Assembly: GCA_030248215.1 (NCBI GenBank)
Contig: JASANG010000273.1
Span: 62,001-126,000 of the forward strand
Length of the DNA stretch: 64,000 bases
Direction of reading: 5' to 3'
Source of the DNA: Enoplolaimus lenunculus
Taxonomy: Eukaryota
A program made the position numbers and the translations under genes. This document shows, piece after piece, positions 22,298 through 34,700 of this stretch; positions within the stretch are counted from its first letter, which is position 1, and each line of letters begins with the position of its first letter. The notes below the pieces were generated by a model. That model was given only the letters and a program-made list of their open reading frames with translations, was not told where the DNA came from and did no database searches.

Positions 22298-23379
22298 AAT
22301 CCATTGTGAATAAAATAAGTGGCTATGTATATCTGGCTACAAATAGCACTTTGGGGAATCTGAACGTTTCCGGTCGTCACCAGCTGCAAATTGCACGTTT
22401 CCATAATCCTGAATAATAATCAAACAACAACAAACTCACCTTATGGTAATTACCAGATAGCAACTTCCGTTAGATACAGTTCCTGGACCGTAACCATCAC
22501 AAAATGCAAGAGGGTGCCGTGGGCACAGCGAGAAGTTTGAAAACGGGGTCGACGTCCTTTAAACTTGTAAACGTGGTTTTTGTGTGTTTTACAAATTGAA
22601 AAAAGAAAGCTTTGTTTTGTTGCAATACTCGCAAACTGGGTTTTGAATTTTTGCCCCCCCGCCCGCCTACGCCTTTGATTGTGGCCTAAAAATTTATAGG
22701 GAACGCGCGGGAAGATAGGGTAACTCACTATGCGGCTTTAGAAACCTATCCGGAAAACCATAGAACTATTTTAGTATTGAGTACAACTACGCTACACTGC
22801 CGTTTTGGGTTGCAGGTACCATACAGAAGTTCAATTTACTCACCAGCTGTGGTTCCAAACCTAAATATACCTATTACATTATTGATAGGTACAATGGTAG
22901 ATAATTTAATTTTTGGCTGGAACCAGATATTAGTTCTACAGTTGGAAAGCCGCGCCCTGAATTTATTAGTGCTTGGCAACTAAACCGCTTCATAGGATTT
23001 GCCCACCGTCATGCTATGCCTAACATATGTGTGTATTTTTATCTTCTGTTTTTTTCAAAAGTACTACATTAGTTTAGGTGTAGCATATATTATATATAAT
23101 ATATATTATATATATTTGAATTAATTTTTGTGATTTATAGTATATAATGAGTTAGCTGTTCAGCATTTGGTTAACGTAAAGTTGTCATTAGAAGCGTATT
23201 ATCATTTATCAACTGTGTAGCACCTAACACTTAAAACAGTTAATTTTTGAAACATACCTAAGCCATTGGTTGAGTCTTCCAAAAGTCTACCTTAAGTACG
23301 TCGGCATATGTATGTATTCGCTGAGCAATTGCTTTAGCAATGTATATCGTTTCAAACAGACATCCGGCTCCAGCTAAAA

Positions 23380-23649
23380 TTAACCCTTTCACTCATAGAG
23401 TATACTATGAACAACTAAATACAATAATGTACGAGCAATACACACACTGTGAGCAGCGTTTAACATATATCACATATATGCGCAGTGCAAAATCTCCACA
23501 AGACTGAGAGCCTACTCGGGCTCGAGCGTCAAGCTTCTATAGCTCAGTGGTCATCGTAAACGCCTCCCACCCGTGAGACTGGGGATCGAATCTTACCTGG
23601 AAATTACATCTCATATGAAATTAAAAATATTCATGAGGGAAAGGGTTAA
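23380..23649 (+). mobile_element. Same TTAA-flanked MITE family
   Basis: TTAACCCTTTC...GAAAGGGTTAA with perfect TTAA on both sides; tRNA-Gly-like segment ~23533-23600. Confidence 0.78.
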
Positions 23650-24267
23650 CCTCATGCCTGCTTGAAATTGTCGAAAAAATAGTGCGAGAATAACATTTTA
23701 AAAAAGATCGAGAGAGAGCAATAATACTGTGAAAATGTGCGAAATTTTGAGCGTCAGCATTCACTGGTTCGAAAGTTACAAGACCTACCACCAACCGGTG
23801 ATAAAGTGCTACACACATTTGAAAATACGGTCCTTGAACACATTTCGTAAATTCAGTGGTTTCTCAAACGAGCTATAAATTAAATTATTGAAGTGATTAG
23901 TCTCAAAACAGGGCTCGTAGCCAAAGTGGGGGGGGGCAATTTTTAAACTTTGTAAGGGATTAAAAACCCTTGTCCTGCTGAAAACTCCTTACTCAGAACG
24001 TTCTCTTAAAGCTAAGAAAACTTTTCAGTGCTTACTTCTAACGTACGTTTACTAACCAAATTTCTACTTTCTATGCGTCAACTCGCTTTTCCCAAAATCC
24101 GTCCTCTGAAAGTCGTGGAGCTGTGTTCAACGCCCATTTTAAGGGCAGTGATCATTACCCTAAGAACGATGAGCTATCTCGGCTAGGCAAGGTATGTCTT
24201 TTACGGCTTGATAACAATGTATCGAACAGAAAGCCTGGCATCTTTCTGGTGAGATATCCTAAAATTT

Positions 24268-25461
24268 ATGAAATTTCCGTTTGGTTCAGCCGACCAACTG
24301 CCAAATCCCAAGTCAATTGCCAAGTCCAACGCTGTTCCAAAAACCATGCTTACTGTAGCTGAGCAACGGGTAGGAAATGGCTACCCTCGAATGTTTCGTC
24401 GCTCCAGTGATTCACAATTATTCGGACGCGATCGTAACCGAGCTGCGATTGGTGGAAACCGCCGTCGTGATTTTTCAATGCGTCCAATGAAAATTGTCGA
24501 CAGCAAACGTGATGGTGCTAAATTAACTAATCAAAAACGACGACGTGGTCGATCATGGGGAACAACTATAACGTTCTATTATCCTGACGAACGAAATCGC
24601 GGTGCAAACAAACACTACGCAAATCCAACGTTGATGTTTTTGAAAGAATTTAAAAAAGAACAATCGAACAACAGTAAACAAAGTTCGAAAAGCTCAAAAC
24701 ATTTCCAGAATAGCAGTGAAATGCAAATTTACTACGGTCGGGACAGTACCGATAGCGTTTATTACTATTATAGTCGCCCTTCTCAGCGAAAGTCACTTCG
24801 AAAAACCAAAAGGCGGAGTCGAGAAAAATCAAACAGCAAACCACGAAGGCCAAATTCAAGCGACATTTATATTATTCCACAATATCGGTCTGATATATCC
24901 GATTTAAGCTCAAAAAACGGCTCTGATAAGCGTGATAAATCGAAAAACAGCAACCGTCGGAAAACCAAATACTCTCAGTCTCCAAGATCATCAGCGAACA
25001 AATTAAAGTTGAATATTAAACCGTCGACGAGATCAAAGAAACGCCGCCGCGCAAGATCAAACAATGTCGACGAGAGACAATATGGTAATGGTCGATCTCA
25101 ATCAACAAATCAGCGTTCACCAAATCGCAATCGATCAAAATCAACCAATCAGCGTTCGACCAAACGCGATCGATCAAAATCAACCCGTGAGCGTTCGAGA
25201 ACCCGTCGGCAACGATCACAATCAACCAATCAGCGTTCGTCTAATCGTCATAGATCCGAATCCAGTAAGCAGAGATCCAACTCAATCGACCAATCAGTGA
25301 ATGAAGGCGTGGTGCTACGTTCTGATTGGATAACGCATGTCGCTGACGCATGGAGTCTTCTTAACGAACGCTATAGCTTCGATGATGTTATTGGTCGTGG
25401 TAATTTTTCAACTGTACACCGGTGTCAAAATCGCAAAAATGATAAGTGGATTGCAATGAAG
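24268..25461 (+). CDS. Kinase exon 1 (RS-rich region plus subdomains I-II)
   Basis: Within the 404-aa ORF; donor ATG AAG|gtattt. Confidence 0.88.
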
Positions 25462-28414
25462 GTATTTTGCAACTCGCAGTAGCAGACCCGAAGGATGAGT
25501 TTTAAGACACTAAGCACGTAAGACACACTAATGATCCTGGTCTATCGATACTCAGGTATCAAGAACGCGTTAACACAAGAGATTGCCATTTGGTATTCGT
25601 TTCAAATAAACAGAAGAGTTTTAACAAACACATACTCATTTATCACTATAGAAGACATGTTGTTTTTAGGAAATCGATAAATCTAAAATCAATTCTCAAC
25701 AGCAGCAATATGTCGAAAACGAAGTTGAACTACTTGCACGGTGCCGGCATCCAAATATTATTCAACTCTACGCCGCGTACCAAGATCAACGTGGTTACTT
25801 CTTAACATTGGAAATTGCTGAGGTAGCAAGACAACCTTATTCGGCCTTGTATAGAACATTTCCCGAACCAAGTCTTCGGTCTTTGCTTAAACCTTACAAT
25901 ATTCATGCGCTGTTTACGTTCAAGTTTCTGGGCCAGTGGTACTTTTAGGGGCTTAACAGTAAAATTAAGCGCATTGCTATTAGCGTAAAGCTTAGCCTAA
26001 TCGTTGCAGAAGTGTGTTCCTAAGCCGAAGCCTAAACCTAAGCCTAAGCAAAAATATGTCATCTAGAATCTAAACCTACACTTTTACTGACCCACCAGAA
26101 CCCTGCGCCCATAAAAGTAACATGCGCCAATATTTGGATAGAACATTTGTCGTCAGAATAATACTGTTTGAGCGTAAAATTTTAATTGGCGTACAGGAAT
26201 AAAATATTACAGTTGCATAATATTTAACGCTCAGGCCCGTAGCCAACTCATCTTACAAAAAAGCCGAAAAATTCAGGTTGGATATAAAACGATTTTCGTT
26301 GTCTTATTCAAGTAAGATTGAAAATTTTCTAAGGTGGTCCTAAACTATTGCAGGAAGGGCTGAGCGCCCCTGTTCCCATTTGGCTACTAGCACGTTAACA
26401 CTTTGAAAGCGTTCGCTGCTGCCTGCTTTTGTTAATATTCACACATGTACCTTCCTCGCTATTGTTGCCTATTATTGGTTTAATGGTTAATTTTAAGACT
26501 GTATCAAATTGTTCTATTTAAGCACGGCGATTTATTCGAAGAAATCAAATCGAGCGGTCGCTTACAAGAAACCACAGCTGCAACAGTTGTGTACGATGTT
26601 GCGCGTGCGTTGATGTACTTGCATGATAATGAAGTGGTACATCGCGATATAAAGGTTCGGGCAGCCACCTCTTTTGCTGCGGAAGTCTTTGACCAATATA
26701 TACTGCCTTTAGGGTCGTAACTGTAGATTAAGCATATTCCTTAGCATAAAAGCTCAAACGTTGAAAAAGTTTAAATTTATGCCTAAGTCTTAGCCGAAGC
26801 CCGTTTCCATTTCTGGTAAAAATCAGAGTCCGTTTCCGTTTCCGTTACGGAAATAAACGGAAATTCTTTTATTTTTACGCTCAAAACAAGTTATTAATCA
26901 GATATACATTTCACAATTTTTCATTACAAATATGCTGCAATTGTTCGAATTTTGTAATAGAAATTACGAAATTCATCCAAAATCTTAGAAATTTCGGCCA
27001 ATGTTACTTTAAGGGGCGTAACAGTAAATTAAGCGTATTCCTAAGCCTAAGCCTACGCCTAGCGTTGCAAATATGTGCTCCTAAGCCTAAGCCTAAGCAT
27101 AAGCCTAAGCGTTGCAAATATGTGCTCCTACGCCTAAGCCTAAGCCTAAGCCTAAGCACAAAAAATCTAGAATCTAAACCTACTTTTTTATGGACCCACC
27201 AGAAACCTGGACGCCCCTTAATGTAACATGGGCCGAAATTTCGATGCAACCGCATTTTTTCTTTATAATTTTAGAAAGCCCAATGAATATTTGCACGCCT
27301 CAATTGTATTGGCAGAAAAATAAAAAAATTCTGAAACTTTATACTTCATTATCCGTTTTTCGTTATAGCATCTGTGTTATTTTGATTACTATTCGGTTCC
27401 GTTTCCGTTATTTTTACTATCCGTTTAATACAAATTTAACAAACTTGTCGTTAGGTTCCGGTAGATTTTTTGCTTAGGTTTAATCTGCATGCTTAGAAGC
27501 CTAGGCTTAGCTTTTGTCGTATCCTTCACGTTGAGACTTAGGAATTTAGGATTTCCGCACTTCTTCAACATTTAGGTTAAATGATTAGGCAAAGACATAT
27601 GCTTGGTATATAAGCGTTATTCTAAGCCTAGAGCCTAGCCTGCGCCTAAGCGAGTGTGTCGGAACAAGTGACCCCAAATAAAACATTAATTATTTATATT
27701 TTAGCCCGAAAATCTTCTACTGTGCCGTCAGTTTCGTGTCAAACTAGCTGATTTTGGACTCGCGTGCAAAGTATTCGGGCCGCTCTATAGAACCTGCGGG
27801 ACGCCGACGTACGTGGCACCGGAAATTTTAGCCAAATTTGGTTACGGTACTCAAGTTGACATTTGGTCGCTGGGCGTCATTGCTCACATTATGCTCAGCG
27901 GTTCTGCTCCATTTCGGCACAAAAATCGTAAAAAGTTGTTTGAAAAAATTAAAACAGCCCAACTTGAATTCGATTCGAAATGTTGGAATGAAATTTCACA
28001 AGGTAAAGGACGTGGCCTGGCAGATTTTCAATAATGAGTCATTCGCGTAATACTGTCTACGCTACTGTAAATTTCACACACTTAGCTGCACTGGCGATGC
28101 AAAACAATATTGTTCTTATGATGCCAGTTGTCTGGTCTGGTGGGTGTACACTGGAAGTCCGTGACTTTTGAATATCTAACTTTAACTTGGAAACTCTGCA
28201 ACTACGAACTTCATGTCCAATATATACAATAGTTATCGTTGAGAAAATAGCCAATAGGTAAATATGCTTATTAGGCATTTTAGTTAATATTTTTTCAGAC
28301 GCTATTCGCTTTTTAAAAGACATCCTAGTCACAGATCCAAAACGTCGCTATACAGCAAACGGTGTCCTTCGGTCTTCCTGGATTCGAGCAAATATTCGAC
28401 AAAAGAAACGTTAA
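24268..28414 (+). CDS. Ser/Thr protein kinase, CAMK group, DCLK-like catalytic domain with long basic Arg/Ser-rich N-terminus (exons 24268-25461, 25670-25822, 26523-26654, 27705-28002, 28299-28414)
   Basis: Spliced frame has GRGNFS, IAMK, ENEV, HPNII, HRDIKPEN, DFG, CGTPTYVAPEIL, GYG..VDIW and DPKRRYTA. All introns are GT-AG with matching phases. CGTPTYVAPE/GYG is typical of DCLK-family kinases; no doublecortin domain is recognisable. Confidence 0.92.
25670..25822 (+). CDS. Kinase exon 2
   Basis: tttttag|GAA...GAG|gtagca; EIDKSK...ENEVELLARCRHPNIIQLY...LEIAE. Confidence 0.92.
26523..26654 (+). CDS. Kinase exon 3
   Basis: tttaag|CAC...AAG|gttcgg; HGDLFEEI...YLHDNEVVHRDIK. Confidence 0.92.
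26988..27243 (-). mobile_element. MITE carrying telomere-type (TTAGGC)n array, family B
   Basis: TIR GAAATTTCGGCCAATGTTACTTTAAGGGGCG / CGCCCCTTAATGTAACATGGGCCGAAATTTC enclosing GCCTAA repeats. Related copies at ~6199-6352, 6491-6650, 7470-7578, 19178-19352, 25940-26125, 36527-36719, 48430-48550 and 57380-57550. Confidence 0.75.
27705..28002 (+). CDS. Kinase exon 4
   Basis: ttttag|CCC...CAA G|gtaaag; PENLLL...ADFGLA...CGTPTYVAPEIL. Confidence 0.93.
28299..28414 (+). CDS. Kinase terminal exon
   Basis: ttttcag|AC; DAIRFLKDILVTDPKRRYTANGVLRSSWIRANIRQKKR*; the stop overlaps AATAAA. Confidence 0.9.
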
Positions 28415-28659
28415 TAAAATAAACCTTAAATAGAAAGTTATCGGAACGATAGGAAAGTTTCTTGGTACAAAATATGTTAAATATTAATTCATAAAATTTA
28501 AATATATTTATTTTACAGTTAAATCAGCCAAATTTTAATTTCGGGAGAGTATAGTGGCAAACAACAAAGTTTGCGAGCGACTGAAGCTAGAAAACGTTTT
28601 GAATTCATTCTCAATACTTTAAAAGTGCTAACGTTTCACCGCTTCAATAATTTCGGGGC

Positions 28660-29071
28660 TACTGTAGTGACCCGAATAAGAGGGGTACTGATATTTATTG
28701 GGCCTCTCCAGAGGGAACCCCTTGTTATTCGGTTACGGACTGTTATGTATTTTTAACCCAAGCTCTGCCGCCCTTCGTTACTGATATATATCCGGTACTG
28801 CAATTTATCCGTTGAATTAAATGTTTATTTGTCTTGTGTCAATAGCTTGAGCGATAATAAAAGGTTACACATTTAGGAACGTACTTTCAAAATTTAAGGA
28901 CGCTTTAAAGTTTCGAACTAAATTATTTGGTTCTGGATTCATTTATGCGCTACAATTAGGGTTAATTGTCACTTATGGACTCTTATTAGGGATAGGACTC
29001 CAATTGATTCGGACTCAAAATGGGGACATCCTCTTATTACCCCTTCCCCTCTTATTCGGGTCAATACAGTA
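28660..29071 (-). mobile_element. Family A MITE (inverted)
   Basis: TACTGTAGTGACCCGAATAAGAG...CTCTTATTCGGGTCAATACAGTA. Confidence 0.8.
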
Positions 29072-30436
29072 CTGAGTTTACTGCAATTTCGGCAGTGAAA
29101 TTTCTCGGATTTTATTTTTGGTACAATTTTGAGAAATAAGTGGTCAGAATTTGTTAAAAATAAACCTATAATCAATTTTTTTGCGATTTTAACGACATTT
29201 GCCAACATTAACAAATTAAACTTTACTTTAATAAAATTGGAAAGCTAAACTTTATTTAACTATTTATTTTGCTCCATCTCCAGCTTCACCTCCGGCTTCG
29301 ACAAATTTTGTTCACCCGTTGTGTATAACGCACACTTTTGTACTTGTTTTTATTATATCATTTTCCGTAACTATTAAAACATTCTATAATCAGATGTGTT
29401 GCGCTTAGGGGCGTCAAACGTCTTTTACGACAACTGTTTCGAAATATACTAATCTTAAACTTAAAATTGAACAGAAACTGCTATACATAACCATACACCT
29501 GAGCTCAAAAACATTTTATCTATTTTCAGAGCTAAGTCTAACCCTCTGACGCAAACCTGTCAGTATTCTCAAATGTTTGTAGCATTTATCATCAGTTGGC
29601 GAATTTGGTTTCGTAAACTGTCGAATTAGCAACTGATGAGCTTAGAAATTCTGCGCATTTTTGCACTCGATTTAAATACCCTATCTCTGGGCTAAGTTTG
29701 AAGTCGGCAATTGCAGGAGTTTGTCAGTTCAAAACCTTATCGCCAACTGGTGATCCGTGCTATGCGGATTTGATATTACGGGCACCGAAACTTACGCCTT
29801 AGTAGCCAAAACATCGATTCGTCCCTAAGTGCAAACAAACACAATATATTACAACCGCTCATAAGTTTGATTGTACTCAAGCAGATCTAAATATCATCGT
29901 TAGCTGCCACACTGATAAGCTTTGTACTTTACCGTCTATAATTCAGAGCAACCACATTTGACTTTGGCGTTTTGATTTCCATGAACCAATTGAAATTTTT
30001 TTGGCACCAAATGATTCGTGACTTTCCCCAAAGCCGGTATTATAAATCATTACGTGTTTCATATCGTATACGCCCCCTTAATGAAGTCGTATACTCACCC
30101 CCCAAAGAAGTCGTATACGCCCCACGCCCCCTCAAAGCAGTTTGTTGCAATACCAGTTTTTCACATATCTGACAATAATTTCTTTGCTTTAACCTTATAT
30201 ACAATCCTTACCAGAACACGTCTATGATACTACACACCCGTTCAAATTCAATATATTTACAGGCCGTGTCCCCATTTAGACAAAAAACTTAGATCCACGT
30301 CATATACGCCACCTCAATTGTTTGAGGATAAATGTTCTCCGCAACCTTGGGAAAGGATTCTAGAAAAGCGATGGTGAGTAGGTAGCGGAAATCAACACAC
30401 TGCAGAGCAGGGTTGTCCACAGAAGAGCGAATAGGG

Positions 30437-30865
30437 TCAAGATTTAGGAGTCGAATTTGACAAATCGCCAGTCGGCCCACTACCGTTCGAAACCCTATGT
30501 TCGCTTGTTGCTGCAACAGATGTTTGCATTTTTTGCGTTGAGCTATTGTGCGCAACACGTGGCGAATGTTGCCTATTGTTGTTGTTGTTGTTGTTGCTTG
30601 TATTTATGTCAATGCTGTTGGTGTTTGTGTTGTTGTTGCTGCTGTTTGTGTTGTTGTTGTTGTTGTTGTTTCCAGTTGTGTCCGATGCGGAGTTGATGTT
30701 CGAATTTGTGTTTGTTGTGTCGTCTTCATTCTCTTCTGTTGGGATTTGATTATAGTACCATTCGCGATTTTCAGTCAAATGATCTAACATTTCTGTCGCG
30801 TCCGGGTAAACAAGATCCGCCCACGTTTCCCATAGTGGATGTACAATGAAATCGATAAAGCCGAC
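30437..30865 (-). CDS. pde-4: PDE4 terminal exon (end of catalytic domain, Asn-rich tail)
   Basis: ttcag|[40 protein letters not shown]... Confidence 0.93.
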   Translation of the reverse strand, partial: VGFIDFIVHPLWETWADLVYPDATEMLDHLTENREWYYNQIPTEENEDDTTNTNSNINSASDTTGNNNNNNNTNSSNNNTNTNSIDINTSNNNNNNNRQHSPRVAHNSSTQKMQTSVAATSEHRVSNGSGPTGDLSNSTPKS

Positions 30866-31682
30866 CTGAAACCCGTAAAACGTGAGATGAAAATTAATAT
30901 TCTTTTAGGGGAATAAAAAAATTTGCCGGATTAGAATGTTGTTATTCACGTTTAGGCTTAGACACAGGCTTAACTTTAAATTCAGTTTTCGGAACCTGAA
31001 TTCGAAAGCAATTCTAAAGTTTTTCCCATTTTTTTGGTAACGCGAAAAAATAATGGTACCTTACAACAGGTGCCCATCTTACAGAATCGAGTGTTGGGGG
31101 GGCACGAATACCCTAATCGTGGCACTGCTTACTGTTCACCGGTAACAGTTAACGAAAATAAATATACTTTTGTATTTAGTAGAGTATTTTGATTGTAGCA
31201 AAAAATACTGCGTAACAGTTTTTACTACGACATACATACATACATACATACATATAACGTTTGTGGCTTTATACCTGTGAACTCTGAACAGTTGCGGATT
31301 CTTTGTCACACATGGGGGATATATCGAGTCCCAATCGTTTTTCTTGACTGCCTTGATTCCAATACTCATTCATAATTCGACTCGTCCATTGTCGGTAAAG
31401 ATCAATTGGTTTTGTTGGATTTGACAAATCCGCCAAGTGGATAATGTTTTGAAGCACCTGAAATGTTAAAAAATAAAAAATGAACGCATTTTTTTGTTTC
31501 TAGACTCTTGTATAATTTCGCACTAAATTTTCCGTTAAGGCTTAGGCGAATGTTTAAAAGCTTCGCAATGAGACGCCAGAGGCATATGGGCAGGTATGAA
31601 CAAACAGATACTTTCACCATTGAATTAAGAGGTCGAAAATTTGCCGAAAATATAACAAAAACAACATCAAAACAATAAAAGC

Positions 31683-31748
<66 letters not shown>

Positions 31749-34700
31749 AATAATAATAATAGTAGTAGTAATAACAAAAACAGTAACAACATACCTGTAT
31801 CCGATCGGTATAATTATCGAGTAAGAGCACACCGGAACCGGAAACTTTTTTCGATTCAACGGTTGTTTTGAGATCTGCGAGTAGATTCATGTGTTTTGAC
31901 ATATCTGTTGCTAAGACCTGGAAATAAATTTAAAAATGTTTTAAAACTCGTCATTAAAACAACGACGTAAATTAGGTTTAATTAAACGAGCCAAAGTTAC
32001 TGATTGTAAAACTTAAGCTTAAGCCTAATTCCAAACCTATGCATACATGCAAATCAGCCCGCACTCAGTACAAACCGAAGTCTGGTTCAAAGATTTGATT
32101 GCATTTATTTTCGTGCTATACTCACATCACGCCTGTTTTAAGATAAATTTAAAAAATTTCAGCAGGAATTTTCGCGGAGTTGACTAATTTACATTCCAAC
32201 TTAAATTCTACTGGGACCTAGAACACATCCTGGGAGGAACCAAATTCACCAGAGCAGAGAGCTGAGCTCTCGAGTTCCTGTGGGCTTGTTGCTGCTCGCC
32301 TTACCATATCGATAACAATTTTTCGTAGCATGTGGCGTTGTTTTTTGGTCAACGGTTCAAACATATCACATCCTGGCTCTTGAAGGAGTTTAAACGCAAC
32401 CGCAAGATGATGTTGTTCGAGCACGGATTCATCATTGTACAGAATAGCAAGTTCATTGCCTAAAAATAAAACAAATTTTTCTGATCGATGGAAAGTCTTA
32501 AATTCAGTTAATAAATGCTGACGCACTAGTTCGCACAAACAGGACATTTCTAAATTGTGATATTTAATATTAATACTGAACTCCTTGGCTCGTATTCTCA
32601 AACGCGTATAGGCACCTATCACCAGTTAGCGATAAGTTTAAACTGACGACATCATGCAATTGTGGATCTCAAAACTGGTACGCAAGTAGAAAAAACGAAT
32701 GCAAAAAGAGTGTGCCGTGCTGGTATACGTTGTCTATATGTGTATATGACGTGGTGCAATGAGTAGCGCGCTTGACTCGCGAGCGACAGGTCTGAGGTTC
32801 GATTTCGCAGTACTTCAGAGGAAAGGGGTAGTCCGGACCTTGCAGTTCTGACATGCCGAATTACGCAACTTAGTCATTCACTGGTTCGAAACCTACAAGA
32901 GCTCTCACAAACTGTTAATAGATGCTATACACATTTGAAAATACGGACCTTAGTCCAAATTGTTGAACGAGTGCGCTGAGTGATGCCTTCGTTTCCATCC
33001 AATAGAGTAAAAATGGTTTTTGCTGACGGACATAGTCCTCAGCCCCTTTGATACGTTTTTGGCAGTTACAAGCTACATTAAATGTTACATTTTTGTGTAG
33101 GGTGAACAGTTTTGACTTTTGCGTTTTATAAATCACCTTTGGTTAATTTAAATCAAAGCGTCCAGGTTTTCACCTTGCAATATAATACTTGGTATTAAGA
33201 TGTTTCCTAAAGTTTGACACGTGACATAATAGTTGATATATGATTTAAAGTTATTAATAAATCACACAACTTTTGTTTTATGGGAAATTAATAGCCTAAT
33301 CTACAATTTTTTTAACTTCCCCAGGCTAAAATTGTTATCTGTTTGCAAAAGTGCAATTTTAGACAACTTTACAACTAAATTAGGTTTGGAGGGAATGAAC
33401 GGACGAAAATTCTACTGAACGAATTCTTTATCGGATGATATTAATGTTGACATTTAACAGTTGTCACGGTTATTATTTTCAACTTTTTAATGCGTATTTA
33501 CTATTTTTGTTCTATTTTCTAATCCATTTTTAGTCAAAAATACTGGTTTTATTGTAAAAAAATCATAGATCCGCTCAATAATGATTATAAGGCGCCGCAG
33601 TGATGTTTGCGCTACAGATCTTAAAGATATGAATATTTCAAAATATATATAATTTTTTGGCTACTCTTATTATAAACGACCTTCAGAAAAAAATAACGCT
33701 AAATTTGATTCTTTTTTATTCAAATAATTTAAACATTAATCGGTAAATAATCTTTGAACCGGGCCAAAACGTTTAGCTGAAACACTGACAGGGCTCTGCG
33801 ATAACAGTTCGTAAACTAGCAATAGATAAACAAATCCAGGTTTAGTATTCTCAAATGTGTGCAGCATCAAATGCTTGAATATCTTGCAATCAACAGAAGC
33901 ACAAGATTATTCAAAATATACACAGAACGTAGTGGTTATAGGTAGAATTATGAGTCGAATAACGCTATTAAGAAAAGGTATATTTTCAAAAAACATTAAG
34001 AAAATAAAGAAAACTTTATTTTACCAGCGTCCCGAAAATTAGGAAGACCTGGTATATTTCGGTTGATTGGTCTTCAAACAGATACTCAGTTCATATATAC
34101 GTCACCATAACCCTAAATTAAGTACATTATATACGCAAATGTTAGTTAATTCAGCTTGCCAAATTTAAAAAAATACCTGAATTAATTAAGAACTGATTGG
34201 TGACACCAGGATGATCAACGTCATGTACTGCAGCAGCAAAAATCGCAGCCAACAATTCTAAATCAGTGAATACGCTCTAAAATAAAACAAACAAATACAA
34301 ATAAGTCATAAAATTAAGCAAAATAAATACATAAAAAGCGTAGCAAATTTGAGAAATACCTGAACTCAATTTTAGTCAAAAATGTATATTAATAAAGCTT
34401 AAAAACACCTATGAATTGAAATAATCGATCCGGAAATAGAATTCTGGGTACGACTCTCGCATTTCAATTTCAAACCATTCCCTCTACAGTCAAGACTGCA
34501 TGATAAACTATAACAAGAGTATGCAACTGGGAACATTCTGTGTTGAAAAAATGTACCCAGCACACGTTGCTGTTTTAGCTGGCCACCCCCACTTACTTGG
34601 AGAAGGGGGTTGGTTGAAACAACGAAATTGGAAAAGATGCTAATAAAATGCATGGTAAAGAATGGTCCGCTTAAATTCTTGACCTCATGATCACTTAGTC

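Noticed and set aside
23533..23604. Functional tRNA-Gly gene
   Set aside because: Acceptor and T stems do not pair properly, and it lies inside a dispersed TIR element.
27040..27160. True telomere or chromosome fusion site
   Set aside because: Short degenerate GCCTAA runs enclosed by TIRs inside an intron, with similar copies on both strands across the window.
31402..31902. 166-aa ORF with poly-Tyr/Cys
   Set aside because: Read-through of a real PDE4 exon into an intronic microsatellite.
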